From the NCBI RefSeq assembly GCF_006345805.1, contig NC_043001.1, positions 868,001-932,000 on the forward strand: DNA of 64,000 nucleotides, given 5' to 3'. This document shows positions 50,418 through 62,700 of the stretch, in pieces. The stretch's first letter is position 1, and each line of letters starts with the position of its first letter. The notes below the pieces were generated by a model. That model made no database searches. It saw nothing but the letters and a program-made list of their open reading frames with translations, and was not told the origin of the DNA. Both the position numbers and the translations under genes were made by a program. Origin of the DNA: Octopus sinensis. Lineage: Eukaryota.

Positions 50418-52229
50418 ATGGGCAATAATGGAGTGAATTTTAGGGTTTATAAACCTAATATTTTCCTATCCTTCCTTAATACCAGTTCCCATATGCTGCT
50501 CATATCTGCACTCGGTCTGCTAAGGAGGTTGTTGTGTCCTAGCATATGTGCTGATGCTTTTAGTTTTCTCATTTTCCAGTGGTGTTCTCTGTCTATTATT
50601 TTAACTTCATCCTACAAGGGGAGGTGGTCTCCATTTTTCCATACATGATCAACAATACCCGATTTATCAATATCTCCTCGTGTCACAGCTTTGTGATGTT
50701 CATCTACCCTTATTTTGAGGGGGTGGCATGTTTCACCTTTGTATAACCTACCACAGCTGCATGGGATGGAGTACATGCAGTTCTTAGTCATATTTTCTTC
50801 TATTGGTGGTTTTACTCAAAGGAAATATTTGCGAAGAATTGTATTACTTTTGAATACTGTCCTGATATCCTATAGGCCACATATCTTTTGTATCTTTTTG
50901 GAGAGGCCTTTCACGTAGGGTAGACAGACTGTGAAACAGTTTATTGGTTTCATCCACTCTTTTCTTCATAATTGGAGTGGAGAGTATGTTTTTGGGGTAG
51001 TTGTTGCTTAATAGATCGTTACTGAGCTTGATCATTTTTTTGTGGTGGGTATCACGATTGCTCCTTATATTCTTTGCTCGACGTTTTAGGCACTGAGCAA
51101 TCCCTCTCTTTACACTGTATGAATGGTGGGAATTGAAGTTGAGGAATCATCCAGTGAAGTTTGGCTTACGGTATACGGATGTCCCGAATCCATACTTGGT
51201 GTGTGTTATTAATATGTCCAGGAATGCTAGCTGATTGTCTTTTTCCTTTTCCATTGTGAACTGTATGGATGGCAACAAACAAGATGAGGACAAGTATCTG
51301 TAAAATGTAAATAATGTATATAATTTCTCATCTCTTAAATATAGAACTGTATCTTGGGCTAGATTTCACTGCAAGGTACTATGGGTGTCATTGGATAGAT
51401 GGAAACTGTACAGAAGCCTGTCACATGGATTCTATCTTATGATTAAAAATTCTAGACTTGTCACAGACAGAAACACACTGAATCCAGAGTCTCGAACATT
51501 CCATGTTATAAATTTAAAAAAACTAAACATAATTTTATGTTCCTTTAGAATATCTGGCAGAACAGAATAACATGTTTCAAAGCAGAAAAGGTTATTCCAG
51601 TCAAGACTGGTGGTGCCACTCAATGTATGCAAAGGATGAACATAGAAAAGAGATGGAGCAAGTGACTAATTTATTTCATACTCATCATTTCCATCCATTT
51701 TTCTCAGATTTCAAGGGGTTATGTATAATATTTATTTTAAAATGGAGAAATATTTTCTTCTATTGTGGGGTGCAATGCCCCCCAATTTTGAATTTGAAAA
51801 CTTTCAAATGTGAGAAAGAAGTAGAATAATTCAGTCAGAATAAGTTAAGTAATCAATCACAGGCATCTGCTGCCATCTTAATTCTTTCCAGTGTTGTTAA
51901 TATTGAAGAACTGTGCATTTAATATCCTCGACAAATGGATGTGCCAATACACTCTCTTCTATTACCATTTCTTCAATATAGTCTCTATTAGCATTCGGTA
52001 TTGTCTCATTCTTTCCTCGTGAACAGGATTGTTGCCATCATCTTAATTGTATTTTTGGGGTTTTTAGCCTCTGTACAAGAAACTGATGTTTGGTACACAG
52101 TCGAGATAGATTCCAGAAGGCTCTGAAGAATGGTATCTTGTAACTTGAAATCACAAAACTCAAATAATTTTGAGCATTGAAATTCAGTATAATAAGAATT
52201 CCAGTAAGTTTTGCTCCAGCTGAAGTAAA

Positions 52230-52530
52230 CAGTCAGGTGATAGGTTGACTATTCGCTCTGCCCACAAGAGCAAGATTGGTAATTGTCTTCATGTCACCAG
52301 AGATACCTAAAGTCTGCTTAGCAGCAACAAATTTAGGACTAGTGGTAAATAGCAAATCCAACATGTTGATACCTCTTGTAGGGAAGATGACCAGTTCAAA
52401 TCCAGCAATTAAACCAAAGAAATTATCCAAATTTTGCAGTCAATGAAAGTTTTGCCAATCAATGTGAGCTGAAATCACCAGTAATTGGAAACACCAGAAA
52501 TTGTTTTGTGAGATTTGGTTCTGAGGATAA
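52230..52530 (-). mobile_element. CR1/L2-like APE endonuclease fragment
   Basis: Reads SAHIDWQNF...DNFFGLIAGFELVIFPTRGINMLDLLFTTSPKFV...LGISGD, matching the N..W / PTR..N.LDL.FT / ISDH pattern. Confidence 0.6.
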
Positions 52531-53450
52531 CAAAAATCTGTATACTTTGATGGTTGTTTGGTGGGGATGTGTGAAACAACCATGAATAGTTGTGGCAACT
52601 GGTTCAAATCATTATAAGGAATTCTTAAAAAGTTTCAGTGAACATCAGCACAGCTACATTCAGAGCAGTTTCTATAAAACAAGGGGCAGCCAGCTAGAAA
52701 CACCATTGCAGTGCAGAGAATATGTGTTCCCAGGTTTTCTGTGACTATAACATGACTTGAGTCAATACTGGACTTCACTGCATAAGTTATGGGTATTTAA
52801 CCACAGTAATCTGTGACTGGATTTAAGCCTGTCATGATTCAGAAGAAATGTGTATTGTTTGTGTTTAGTTTCCTGTAGCTTTTTCAGTGTCACATATCGT
52901 TAGTTCAATTTCATCATCAAGCCAGTCTGTATTTCATTTCCATGTGTCACCAAGCATAGAAAAAAAAAGTTTAGGAGTGAGAGAAAGATTTGAACTCATG
53001 AACCTCGATCCGAATCCAGTATGTTCGCTGTCCAACCATTGTGCTTTATATTTTACTCAAGGATATATCTTACTGGGATTGATTTTAAGTTTTTTCTGAT
53101 GAGGATTGATAAAAACTTGACTAAATATCAATGTTTCACCAAAATCTTTGGTGTTGTGATTTAGAAAAGCATTGCCATTCGATATCCATTGAAACTGTGT
53201 GTAATAAGATATCCAGATTTTTGGTGTTTTGCCCAGGGAGAATAAATCGATATAATATTGAAAATTGAAGTATCAGCTAGGGTGTTAGATGTTTCAACAT
53301 ATGTATAACAGATACACTTGTATAGCAATTATTGATTGGAAGCAACGATAGTCATTAGAACGAGTAGGCTTGTGGCGGTTGGCATTAGCAGGAATCGGTT
53401 AATAAATACAACACAACATATTAAAAAACATATATGGATATATACTGTAT

Positions 53451-53499
<49 letters not shown>

Positions 53500-55417
53500 A
53501 CACACACATGTGCATGTGCACACACACAGACACACACATACGCACACAAACGCACACATGCACACACACATATCTGCGATGGTGCTTAACTTTTTGATGG
53601 AAATCATCCACACATTAATCTTTGTAACATTGTTAAATGACCTTGATAGAAACATTTCTGTGAGAAGAATTAGGAATTCCTCATCTGGGTCCACTGATTT
53701 TATCAATGTGATCCTTTAGTCTTTTAAATTGAACAATATAAATAAGTAAATGAATAAATAAACAAATAAAACGGAAATAAAAAAAAAAAATTAAATGCAA
53801 GTTTAATTTAGAATTTACGTATTAAAAATGTGGATTGTGAAAAGAAAGTTGGATCCTGATGAGGGATTTTGTGGTTTCTGTAAAATGTTTATCAACAGAA
53901 AATCCCTGGGTCCAGTATCAAACACCATTATTTTAACATGGAATGTCTTGTGTTCTACAGGGTCTAATACTGAGTAAGAGACATTCATGATGGTGATGAT
54001 GCAGGTATTCAGCAGGTGACCATTTATTAAGTGCTTTATGTCATTCTTTTGCAGATTTTAACCCTTTACATTGCAGCCATGTTGAGGCCTGTCCCCTCTT
54101 AAATGAATAATTTTTCTGACTTATACCATATATATAAATATATGTGTTTGTGTGAGCATGTGTGTTTATATATATGTATATATGTGTGTATATATACATA
54201 TATAGAAAAGTGAGAAAGAGAAGCCCCTGGTGGACCATTTCACAGTTTGCTGATTGTTCCCCAGGGAAAAGATACCCAGTTTCTTTCTCCATGCAATAAC
54301 ATACAATATTCATCTTATATATAATGCAAAGGGGTCACAATTTATGCTACCATTGTAGTAGAGAACTTAAATTTGAATATTTGTGCTTTTGAATGTTCAT
54401 CATTCATTAAACAATATATATTCTATGCAGAGCATTGTATAAATCAGAACTGAAATAAATTCTAAAATGAATGCCTCACTGTGGGTTAAATAAGAATGTA
54501 AACACGTTCTTTCTGTACTACTGATGTGTGGAAAAAGTATGAGAGAGTCTCTTGACAGTTTTTATGGTTTCTTGACTTCAGAGAGGGTTACCCTAATTTC
54601 TTCTTTGATCAATAGTATAGAATATGCTATATTAAGTAGTCAAAAATTAGTCGATCACTGTAGGGGATAGCAGGATTTGCATTGCACAACACAGGTTGAT
54701 ATTGGCAACAATTAAAACAAATAATGACTAAATAAAACAAATAAAAATACAATGAAAACAAACAATAAACAGTACACGCTAACATGGCTAAAGATAGGGA
54801 TGAGACTTGATGAGAAAATCAGCTGGAAATCGAAAAGGATTGGGGACAGGAGAAAAATCTGTGATGAAAAAATGTCTGAAAATGTGACCGTTACAAAGAT
54901 TATGAAACCAAATCTTGAAGTGAACCCTTATTGGTGGATGAATTTATAAGGCAGGAGGACCCCCAAAATATAACAACACATACACACTCACACACATATA
55001 CATCTATACACCCATATACATGTATGTATGTATGTGTGCCACTGTGTGTGTGTGTATGTATACAAACACACACGTAGTGACACACAGAGACACACACACA
55101 TATGGCTGGTTGTATACATGAGTGTGTTTGTGGGTTGGGAATTCCTTCCCCCCCACCCTTATTCTCATGGGTGTTCACCAATTGTAAATGGGAAGCTCAT
55201 TCAAACAGTGTCATTTGTTGTCTTGTTCTCCACACAACTATGTCCAAGTTGTTTATTATTCAGTTGGCAAGTGAGGGTGGGGCTGGAAACAAATTAGGGT
55301 TGGCGCTAGAAGGGGTGTCCACATGTACAAATATCTGCTTCAATGTGGTTTTGTCTGATTCCATGCAAGCATGGGAAAATGGAAGTTAAAAAGGATGATG
55401 ATCCTATATATATATAT

Positions 55418-56110
55418 ATTCTTCTTCTAACCATTCAGTCGAAGTCGACTCTCGGTCACTCATTGGATCAGTGTCCTCCAGTCAGTTCTATTCTGGGCCG
55501 CTTCTTTCAGATTGGCTATGTCCATTCCGGTATCACTCTTAATGGTTTCAAGCCAGCGGGTTCTTGGTCGGCCTCTTCCTCTCTTGCCACTGACCATTCC
55601 GAGCATGATGTCCTTCTCCAGGGATTCTCTCCGCATAATATGACCAAAATATGCCAATCTATGCTTGGTGATCTTAGCTTCTAGCGACAGTTTCAGCCTG
55701 ATCTGCTTAAGAACTTCTCCATTGGTGAGCCTCACTGTCCATGGAATCCGTAAAAGTCTTCTCCAACACCAAAGCTCGAATGCATTAATTCTCTTCTGTT
55801 CAGCTTTCTTTAGTGTCCAGGTCTTGCATCCATATGTTGCTATTGGGAAGACAATTGCATTCACCAATCTGCATTTAGTAGCAAGTCTGATGTCTCTACT
55901 CTTCCAGACCCTGCTCATGCTAACCATTGCCTCTCTGCCTAGTACTATCCACCGTCTTATTTCTGGAGTGCAGTCACCATCTCAATTTATTTTGGAGCCA
56001 AGGAAGATGAAATCATCAACCACTTTGATCTCTTCATTATCGATCTTGATGCTGATGTTTGTTGTGGCTGATGTTGACATGATCGTTTTCTTAACATTGA
56101 GGTACAGCCC
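55418..56110 (-). mobile_element. RTE (BovB-like) LINE 3' part
   Basis: Reads DNEEIKVVDDFIFLGSKIN*DGDCTPEIRR, then ORF 55460..55927 (ATYGCKTWTLKKAEQKRINAFELWCWRRLLRIPW...YFGHIMRRESLEKDIMLGMVSGKRGRGRPRTRWL). It has a short (GAA)n tail. Confidence 0.92.
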
Positions 56111-56152
<42 letters not shown>

Positions 56153-56156
<4 letters not shown>

Positions 56157-56262
56157 CAAAATAGGCAACATTTTGATTGTAATCACCCCATTTTGAATTA
56201 TATGGATAATACCATACTAAATTCTGGTGCCTTTAACTTAAGTACCATATTCATCTGAATCT
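56153..56262 (+). repeat. collapsed sibling of the 38727-39210 foldback element
   Basis: Sequence atcaaaataggcaaca|ttttgattgtaatcacc...tactaaattctggtgcctttaacttaagtaccatattcatctgaatc matches the left-arm start, the right-arm end and the unique tail at 39127-39207. Confidence 0.8.
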
Positions 56263-56275
56263 AAATTTTGATGAA

Positions 56276-56345
<70 letters not shown>

Positions 56346-56359
56346 CAAATTCTTTTACT

Positions 56360-56570
56360 CTTTTACTTGTTTCAGTCATTTGGTTATGGCAATGCTGGAG
56401 CACCGTCTTTTAGTCGGAGAAATTGGCACCTGGACTTCTTCTTTGTAAGCGTGGTGCTTATTTTATCATTCTCTTCTGCTGAACTGCTAATTTACAGGGA
56501 CATAAACACACCAACATCATCAAGTGATGATGGTGGAGGACAAACACAGACACAAAGACACACATAAATA
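56360..56570 (-). mobile_element. SINE family A 3' half, reverse orientation
   Basis: Sequence ttttactcttttacttgtttcagtcatttgg..atggcaatgctggagcaccg...ggacataaacacaccaacatc. Confidence 0.75.
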
Positions 56571-56869
56571 TATACACATATATGTATATATACGTTTTAT
56601 TTACTATTTTGCACATTACTTAATCATTGTTATATGTTTTATCTTATATTCAATCTTTCTATAAGATGTAATTTTTCTAAATGGTATAATTTAATTTTTC
56701 ATTATTGAATTGATAAAAGGTGTTTTTTTTTCTAATTTATATATATATATTATATTTTGTGAAATTTGATTTAGTATTTCTAAACTGAATTTTTCGCTTT
56801 AAGTTTGGAATAAAATTCCCTCATATCATTATTATTATTATTATATATATACATATATATATACAATTG

Positions 56870-57186
56870 GCTACTTTCAGTTTCCGTCTACCAAATCTGT
56901 TCATAAGGCATTGGTCTGCCTGAGGCTATAGTACAAGACACTTGCTCAAGGTGCCATGCATCGGAACTGAACTCAGAACCATGTGGTTAGGAAGTAAGCT
57001 TCTTACCACACAGCCATGCCTGCACCTTACTGGTTTCAGTCATTTGACTACAGCCATGCTGGAGCACTGTCCTGAAGGATTTTAGTTGCAGAAATCAAAC
57101 CTAGGACTTATTCTTTGTAAGTCTAGTATTTATTCTATCAGTCTCTTTTGCTGAACTGCTAAGTTATGGAGGACATAAAACACCAA

Positions 57187-57190
<4 letters not shown>
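56870..57190 (-). mobile_element. two adjacent SINE family A halves, reverse orientation
   Basis: The 5' half is at 56870-57022 (tttcagtttccgtctaccaaat...ttcttaccacacagccatgcctgc). The 3' half is at 57028-57190 (tttcagtcatttgactacagccatgctggagcac...). Confidence 0.75.
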
Positions 57191-57241
<51 letters not shown>

Positions 57242-57242
57242 A

Positions 57243-57290
<48 letters not shown>

Positions 57291-57615
57291 AACATAAGCA
57301 CATACACATTTATATCACCCCATGCGTGATTGTTCCCTACTTTACCAACCCCAAAAGATGGAAGTTGATGGCAACTTTGGAGGAATTCGACAGTAGAGTG
57401 GAAAGGAAGGTAACCAAATACGAAGAAGTACTTTCCCAAATTCTGCCAAACTTCAGTCTTTGCTTGTAATCAGTCATTCTCAGTGTTTGAGAGTCTAGGA
57501 TGGTTATGGCACAGTTCCCTGCTTGCAATCAGACCAAAGTTAATTTCTGATGGGAACACAATGGCGGGTGCATTCTATTACATTGAGCCTAGAATATGAC
57601 TGGTAGTTAGCTTAT

Positions 57616-57798
57616 CCCTTTAGCATTTAAACTGGCCAGATCCTGCCTCTCACACTTACCTTACAATATTATTTGAGAAATAAACAATCACATCATTGGA
57701 ATGGCAAAGCTACACAGTTAGGCATCACTGATTCCCGATTCAAACAAATGGGAATCAATAAGTCTCGCATTTGAAAAAGAAATCTGGCTGCTAAGGGG
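57616..57798 (+). mobile_element. piggyBac-like MITE
   Basis: TTAT-CCCTTTAGCA ... TGCTAAGGGG-TTAA: TIRs match 9/10, with CCC/GGG ends and a TTAA-type target site. Confidence 0.65.
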
Positions 57799-57864
57799 TT
57801 AAGGAACTCTCTGAGGATGAAAGGCAGGGGGGATCCCCTCCCCCCACGCAAAACTGACTATTTG

Positions 57865-58370
57865 TGATGATGATGATGGTGATGGAAAGCATAAGTTGTA
57901 AAAGTAGTGGTGTTAGTAGCAGTGTTAATGTTAGTGGCAGTAGTAGTAGTTGTAGTAGATATAATAATAATACCTAATAATGATGATAATAATAATAATA
58001 ATGACTCCTTTAAAAACTTGTGGTAAATAATAAATTGATGCTGGAAAGGATGTTGAAGTGAGATTGCCATAGTGACAACCATAGCAACAATAATGGTGGT
58101 AGCGGTGGTGAATGATGATAACAATAATGATGACTATGATGATGATGATGATTGTTATGATGGTGGTGGTGGTGGGAATGGTGATGATTATGATGATGAC
58201 TGTTGTGGTGCTGCTGGTAAAAATGGGGGGATGATGAGGATGATGATGATGAGGATGGTGGTGGTGGTGGTGGTGGCAGTGATGCAAAAGGTGCTGATGA
58301 TGGTAGTAGGAATGATGATGATGATGATGATGCTAATTGTGATGGTGGTGGTGATGGCCATGATGATATA
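57865..58370. repeat. compound trinucleotide microsatellite field (GAT/GGT/GTA/TAA)
   Basis: Directly visible. It generates the poly-His, poly-Asp and poly-Met ORFs in the track. Confidence 0.9.
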
Positions 58371-58679
58371 ATTGCAATTATTTGTTTTCATAAAAATAAA
58401 AATTAAGAATATTTACAAAAAAAAAGGAAGGTAATAAAAAAAAACGTATATTGTTGATGTAACTCAGTTCCGATTGTTTCTCGTGACAATTTTATATTTT
58501 CCAAAACAAAATCAATTTTCATTTATCCAGTTTTGGAGTGGAACATTATGAAAGTGTTTCAGACTCACAGAAATCAATAGTTTCAGCAAGATTTAATGTC
58601 AACCAATAATTTGGCAAGAGTTATGGAGGTGATGTGGCTTTCTGTTGTTGTTGTTCATGTTGTTGCTGCTCTCTCATTA

Positions 58680-59080
58680 TGAAATGTTTCCAGGCACTCA
58701 CTGCACTCTACCAGCTGGATAATGGGGTCGGTGGAAATTCAACCAGCATATTCTATAAATTGTTGGTCAAAGAGGATACTGAAAATGGTGGCCTTGGAAT
58801 GGTTTTATGTGTTCTTTCTCCAGGGAGACTTTCAGATTGTAGATTATGGACAATTTTCAAAAGTCTCTGCTACAACTGGATTTCACCAGTTTAGAATAAT
58901 TTCTGCAGTCAGTATTATTATTATTATTTGGGTCACCAGTGACTAAACCTGTCTCTAATGTGCAGGCAGCGATGGGGGCGGGGTATTGTTTTCTTTTGTA
59001 TTCAAAACATCTGTAAAACCACTTTACAGTGCTTCGACCAGCTCTTCTTGCATTCAGAGTCAAATCCTGTTAAGGTTAGC
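58680..59080 (+). mobile_element. possible old L1/Tx1-like LINE remnant
   Basis: Degenerate reads FQALTALYQLDNGVGGNSTSIFYKLLV and IMDNFQKSL. The assignment is by recalled similarity only. Confidence 0.25.
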
Positions 59081-59094
59081 TTTGTCCTTCATCT

Positions 59095-59378
59095 TTTCTG
59101 GCTTGATTTATCAATAAAGTACCAGTCAAGCAGGGGACTGGATGGTATCCACTGCACTCACTCCCTAAAAATTGCTGGCCTTGTGCCTACATTAGAAACC
59201 ATCATTAGTACTATTATGTCTCTTTTGCTGAGGTTGACTTTGCCTTTCATCCTTTTGGGGTTGATTAAAAAAGTACGACTTATGCACTGGGGTCGATGTA
59301 ATTGACTTACCACATCTCTGCAAATTTCAGACCTTATGCCTATCATAAAAAGGATTATTATTATTATTATTATTATTT
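59095..59378 (+). mobile_element. tandem dimer of SINE family B 3' parts with (ATT)n tail
   Basis: The segment ..taaagtaccagt...ggccttgtgcctacattagaaacc is followed by a second copy gaggttgactttgcctttcatccttttggggttgat...gaccttatgcctatcataaaaaggattattatt. Confidence 0.7.
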
Positions 59379-59379
59379 T

Positions 59380-60826
59380 CTCCTTATCACAGGTTTTCTT
59401 GGAGCATGCATAGCTGGCTTGCTACCTGCAGCCTACAGTACCATGCTAGTTGTTCTTTTCAGCTATATAATACTTTCCTGATTATTCTGGCCATGCTAAG
59501 GAGGCAAACATTTTGTAACAGTCCTACTGGACACTCTATTCCAATTTCCTTTATATTCCTCTTGATGCCTTCTGACACTGTTCCCAAGGACCCAATGATA
59601 ATTGGCCCTATCTTCACCTTCTTCATCTTCCATAGCCAGGCTATTTCGTACTTAAGAGGGTTGTATCTAGCTATCTTTTCATCTTCCTTCTTGAGTATTC
59701 GTAGGTGAAAGGGGCATGCAACATCAACTATATAACATATATGGTGCATCATATACACCACCACTAGGTCTGGTCTATAATGCTCTGGTACCTGATCTGT
59801 TTGGATTGGGAAATCCCAGAGAATTTTGCTAGCGTCTGACTCCACCACTCTCTGTGGTTGGTGCTCATACCACATCTTACCTCTCTCTAGCCCCCACGTT
59901 TTGCACAGTTTCCAGTATAGCACTTTCACTACCTAGTGGTGTTGTCACAACTTGTAGTGGTTTTGGGCAAGTCTATGGCATTTGTTCGTGATATGGGCAA
60001 TGGTTTCATCCACTCTTCTACAGATGCAGCACAGCAGAGACACTTGCTCATTCCTAAGGTTGACCCTCCAGTTCATGGCCAAAGTTTGGTCCTGTGCTGC
60101 CAGTATTGTGCTTTCAGTTTCTTCTTTTAGGGTTCCTTTCTTCAGCCAATTCCACCTATTTTTCCAGCAACTTCTCTTGTGGCTACATGGAACTGATTCT
60201 TGCATAATTCTTCTTCATCTCCTTTTTCTATTTCTTCCTTTATTTTCCCCTTTTTTCTCTGCTTCCAATACTCCCACATTCCTAACTGTCACAAGGAGGG
60301 TTTCCTTACTTTGGGCTAGGAATCTCCTTCAGCTCTTGAGTATGTTACACATGCAGTCTTCCACACTTATCAATCCCCTTCCTCCATTTGCTCCCTTCAT
60401 GTACAGGCAATCAGTGTCTGCATATAGAAAATGGGCTCAATGCATCGTACGGAGATTTTTTGACTTCCTGTTCATCTCCTTTAGGTCTTCCTTTGTCCAC
60501 TTCAGGATTCCAGTGCCATATCGAACTACTGTGACTGCGCATGAGTTTATTGCTGAAATTATGTTTCTGGTTTTCTAGTATTCAGCTTTGAAGCTGGTAC
60601 TTTTCTCACTCACCACAGGTACTCTCTTTTTGTCTTTTCCTTCATGTCATTGTCTTTGATTCCATCTGCCTCAAGTATTCCCAGGTATTTATAGCATGAT
60701 AGGGGTTGAATTGCCTTCATCATTTCACCACTTGTCAGCCATATGCCTTCTGTCCTGGCAAGCTTTCCTTGTCTCATCACCATCGTAGCACATTTTGACT
60801 GTCCAAACTCTATCTTAATATCATAT
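59380..60826 (-). mobile_element. R4/Dong-like non-LTR retrotransposon, 5'-truncated (RT C-terminus, CCHC finger, RLE)
   Basis: Reads IKIEFGQSKCAT...YKYLGILEADGI...GGRGLISVEDC...LKEETESTILAAQDQTL...LLCCICRRVDETIAHITNKC...KILWDFPIQTD..RPDLVVV..IVDVACPF...KYEIAWLW...IIGSLG. It is flanked by (ATT)n on both sides. Confidence 0.9.
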
Positions 60827-60889
60827 ATTATTATCATTATTATTATTATTATTATTATTATTAGTAGTAGTAGTAGTAGTATGTATAAG

Positions 60890-61110
60890 GCAGTTAGCAG
60901 GCAGAATTGTTGGTACATTAGACAAAATGCTTAGGGACATTTCTTCCAGGTGTTTATACGTCTGAGTTTAAATTCTGCTGAGGTTGACTTTGCCTTTCAT
61001 CCTTTTGGAGTTGATAAAATAAAGGACCAGTTGAGCACTGGGTTGATGTAATCAGCTGGTCCCTTCCCCACAAATTTCAGGCCTGTTACCTTTTGTGGAA
61101 ACGATTATTG
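60890..61110 (+). mobile_element. tRNA-derived SINE family B
   Basis: Sequence ggcagttagcaggcagaattgttggtacattagacaaaatgcttagg...gaggttgactttgcctttcatccttttggagttgataaaataaaggaccag. Confidence 0.75.
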
Positions 61111-61849
61111 AGCAGCTGTCCGTTATCAGGACAGCATCATTCCTGCGTCCACATATTTCACATTCTTTTCAGCTTCACCTCCAGCTTTTGTTCTTTATCT
61201 CATCTTTTCATGTAAATACCCACACAAATAGCAAAATCTCCTTTTAATGTCCCCCTTGTCTGATGCCCTTGTTGCAAATATAAGAAATCATCAGGATTAT
61301 CGTTGTCATCATCATCATTGTAATCATCAGGAAGACACACATCTTGGTGGTTAGAGTGCTTGGTTCATGATCATAATGTCACAGGTTCAATTCCTGAACT
61401 GGGTGGTGCTTTGGGTCCTTGAGCAAGGCATTTTATTTCATGCCACACCTGTCTACTCAACTGAAAAAGCAAGTAGTGGTTGAGTTTCTTTTTCTAACTC
61501 TCACGTCCTGGATGCAGTGTTGGGTTAAAGTTTGGAAGGGGCCAAGAGGAAGTATATATCTGCTGGTGATTACACCAGTACCTAAAACAGTTGGTGAAAG
61601 CATGGTACATGTTACTAAAACAGACTTTTTTTATGGGTGACAATTGATTCTTAAAACAAAAAACAAAAAATATTATTTCCATTTTTAAATTCTTGTTTAA
61701 TTTTCTTTTGATGTTAGTGTATGGGGTGGGTGGGAGAAGTGATGTTGGTGGTGGTGATGGTGGTGGTAGTGGTGAAGGGGATGGTGGTGATTGTCGTCGT
61801 CATGATGGTATTAGTAGTTGTTCTGGTTGTTGGGGATGAAGTAGTTACA

Positions 61850-62700
61850 GTGGCAGGAGAGGAGGTTGCTATCAGCCATTCTATAGATTTGGATGCCAAG
61901 TCCTGTCCTTCTTCCATGTAATAAACCCCCACCCTCTCTCGTCTCCCTAAGATTAACAACAATATTTTTATTAATTGACAGCACTAAACTTCAACAGAAA
62001 ATATTTGGAAAGGGCTTTGTTTGGCCAAGAAGGAAGGGAGCAGGTTTGAAATATTTCTTGGGAAGAATGGATCTTAAAACAGGGACTGAATACAGAGTGA
62101 AAGACCCAAAGACAAATGAAGTAAGGGCAAGGGTCACTTGCTGATTGGTCTAGTCTAGGTTGGGTGTGTTGAAAATGTTGATGATGGGAAGAAGGATGAA
62201 GTTACTGTTGTTGTTTAGCAGAATACAGGAGTACAGGAATGGTTATCTTCTGTTACCTAGGGAAACCATTCAGACCTTAGGGAGAGTGTTCAGGAAATAT
62301 AAAAACCACAAAATAAGGAGAGAAAAAGTTGAGAGAGTTATAAAGTTAGTTGCATCAAGATTGTAATTTGGTTGAGTATAAAGTAGGAGATGGGAGAGAT
62401 GGGAGAGATGGGAGTAGAGGAAGCAGGGGACGTGCAAAGATTGAAGAGAACCTGCCCTGATGTTTGTATGAATGATTGTGGTGGAAACAGAACAAGAGAT
62501 AAGCTGGTCCTCACAGACTACCCAGACTCTGTGGCTACTGGTGACAAGAGGAGGAGAGACGAGCGACTCAAGTAAATGTGAGCGTGAGTGAAGCTGGTGC
62601 AAGATGAAGCACCTCCAAGGAGTAGAGTCTACAATAATGTAACCTAATGTTGTTCTAGGCAGACTATAACCAAAGTAAAAAATAGTCGCAGATGCTATGG
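61850..62700 (-). mobile_element. possible old Penelope-like N-terminal region
   Basis: Long S/L/F-rich minus frames. INKNIVVN...REGGVYY...QDL loosely matches the N.NIVIKPADKGGAVVV pattern preceding Penelope RT. Confidence 0.3.

Larger units (their letters stand above)
50160..51325 (-). mobile_element. Penelope-like element (RT thumb + GIY-YIG), 5'-truncated, with 3' terminal region and an inverted partial copy of it
   Basis: Minus 51272-50447 reads PSIQFTMEKEKDNQLAFLDILITH..FGTSVYRKPNFTG*FLNFNSHH...LPYVKGLS...CMYSIPCSCGRLYKGETCHPLKIRVDEH...SGIVDHVW...*. The end segment caacaaacaagatga.gacaa..atctgt.aaatgtaaa occurs at 50180-50225 (minus) and again at 51273-51320 (plus). Confidence 0.9.

Noticed and set aside
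53850-53915. ctgatga followed by an agggatttt/aaaatccct hairpin
   Set aside because: There is no GAAA after the stem. It looks like a deleted palindromic MITE.
2188-57469. Dozens of track ORFs rich in HT/CV/YI repeats
   Set aside because: They are read-through of (CA)n, (TG)n and (TA)n microsatellites, not proteins.
57858-58391. Poly-His, poly-Asp and poly-Met ORFs
   Set aside because: They are overlapping frames on both strands of a compound trinucleotide repeat, with no splice or domain evidence.
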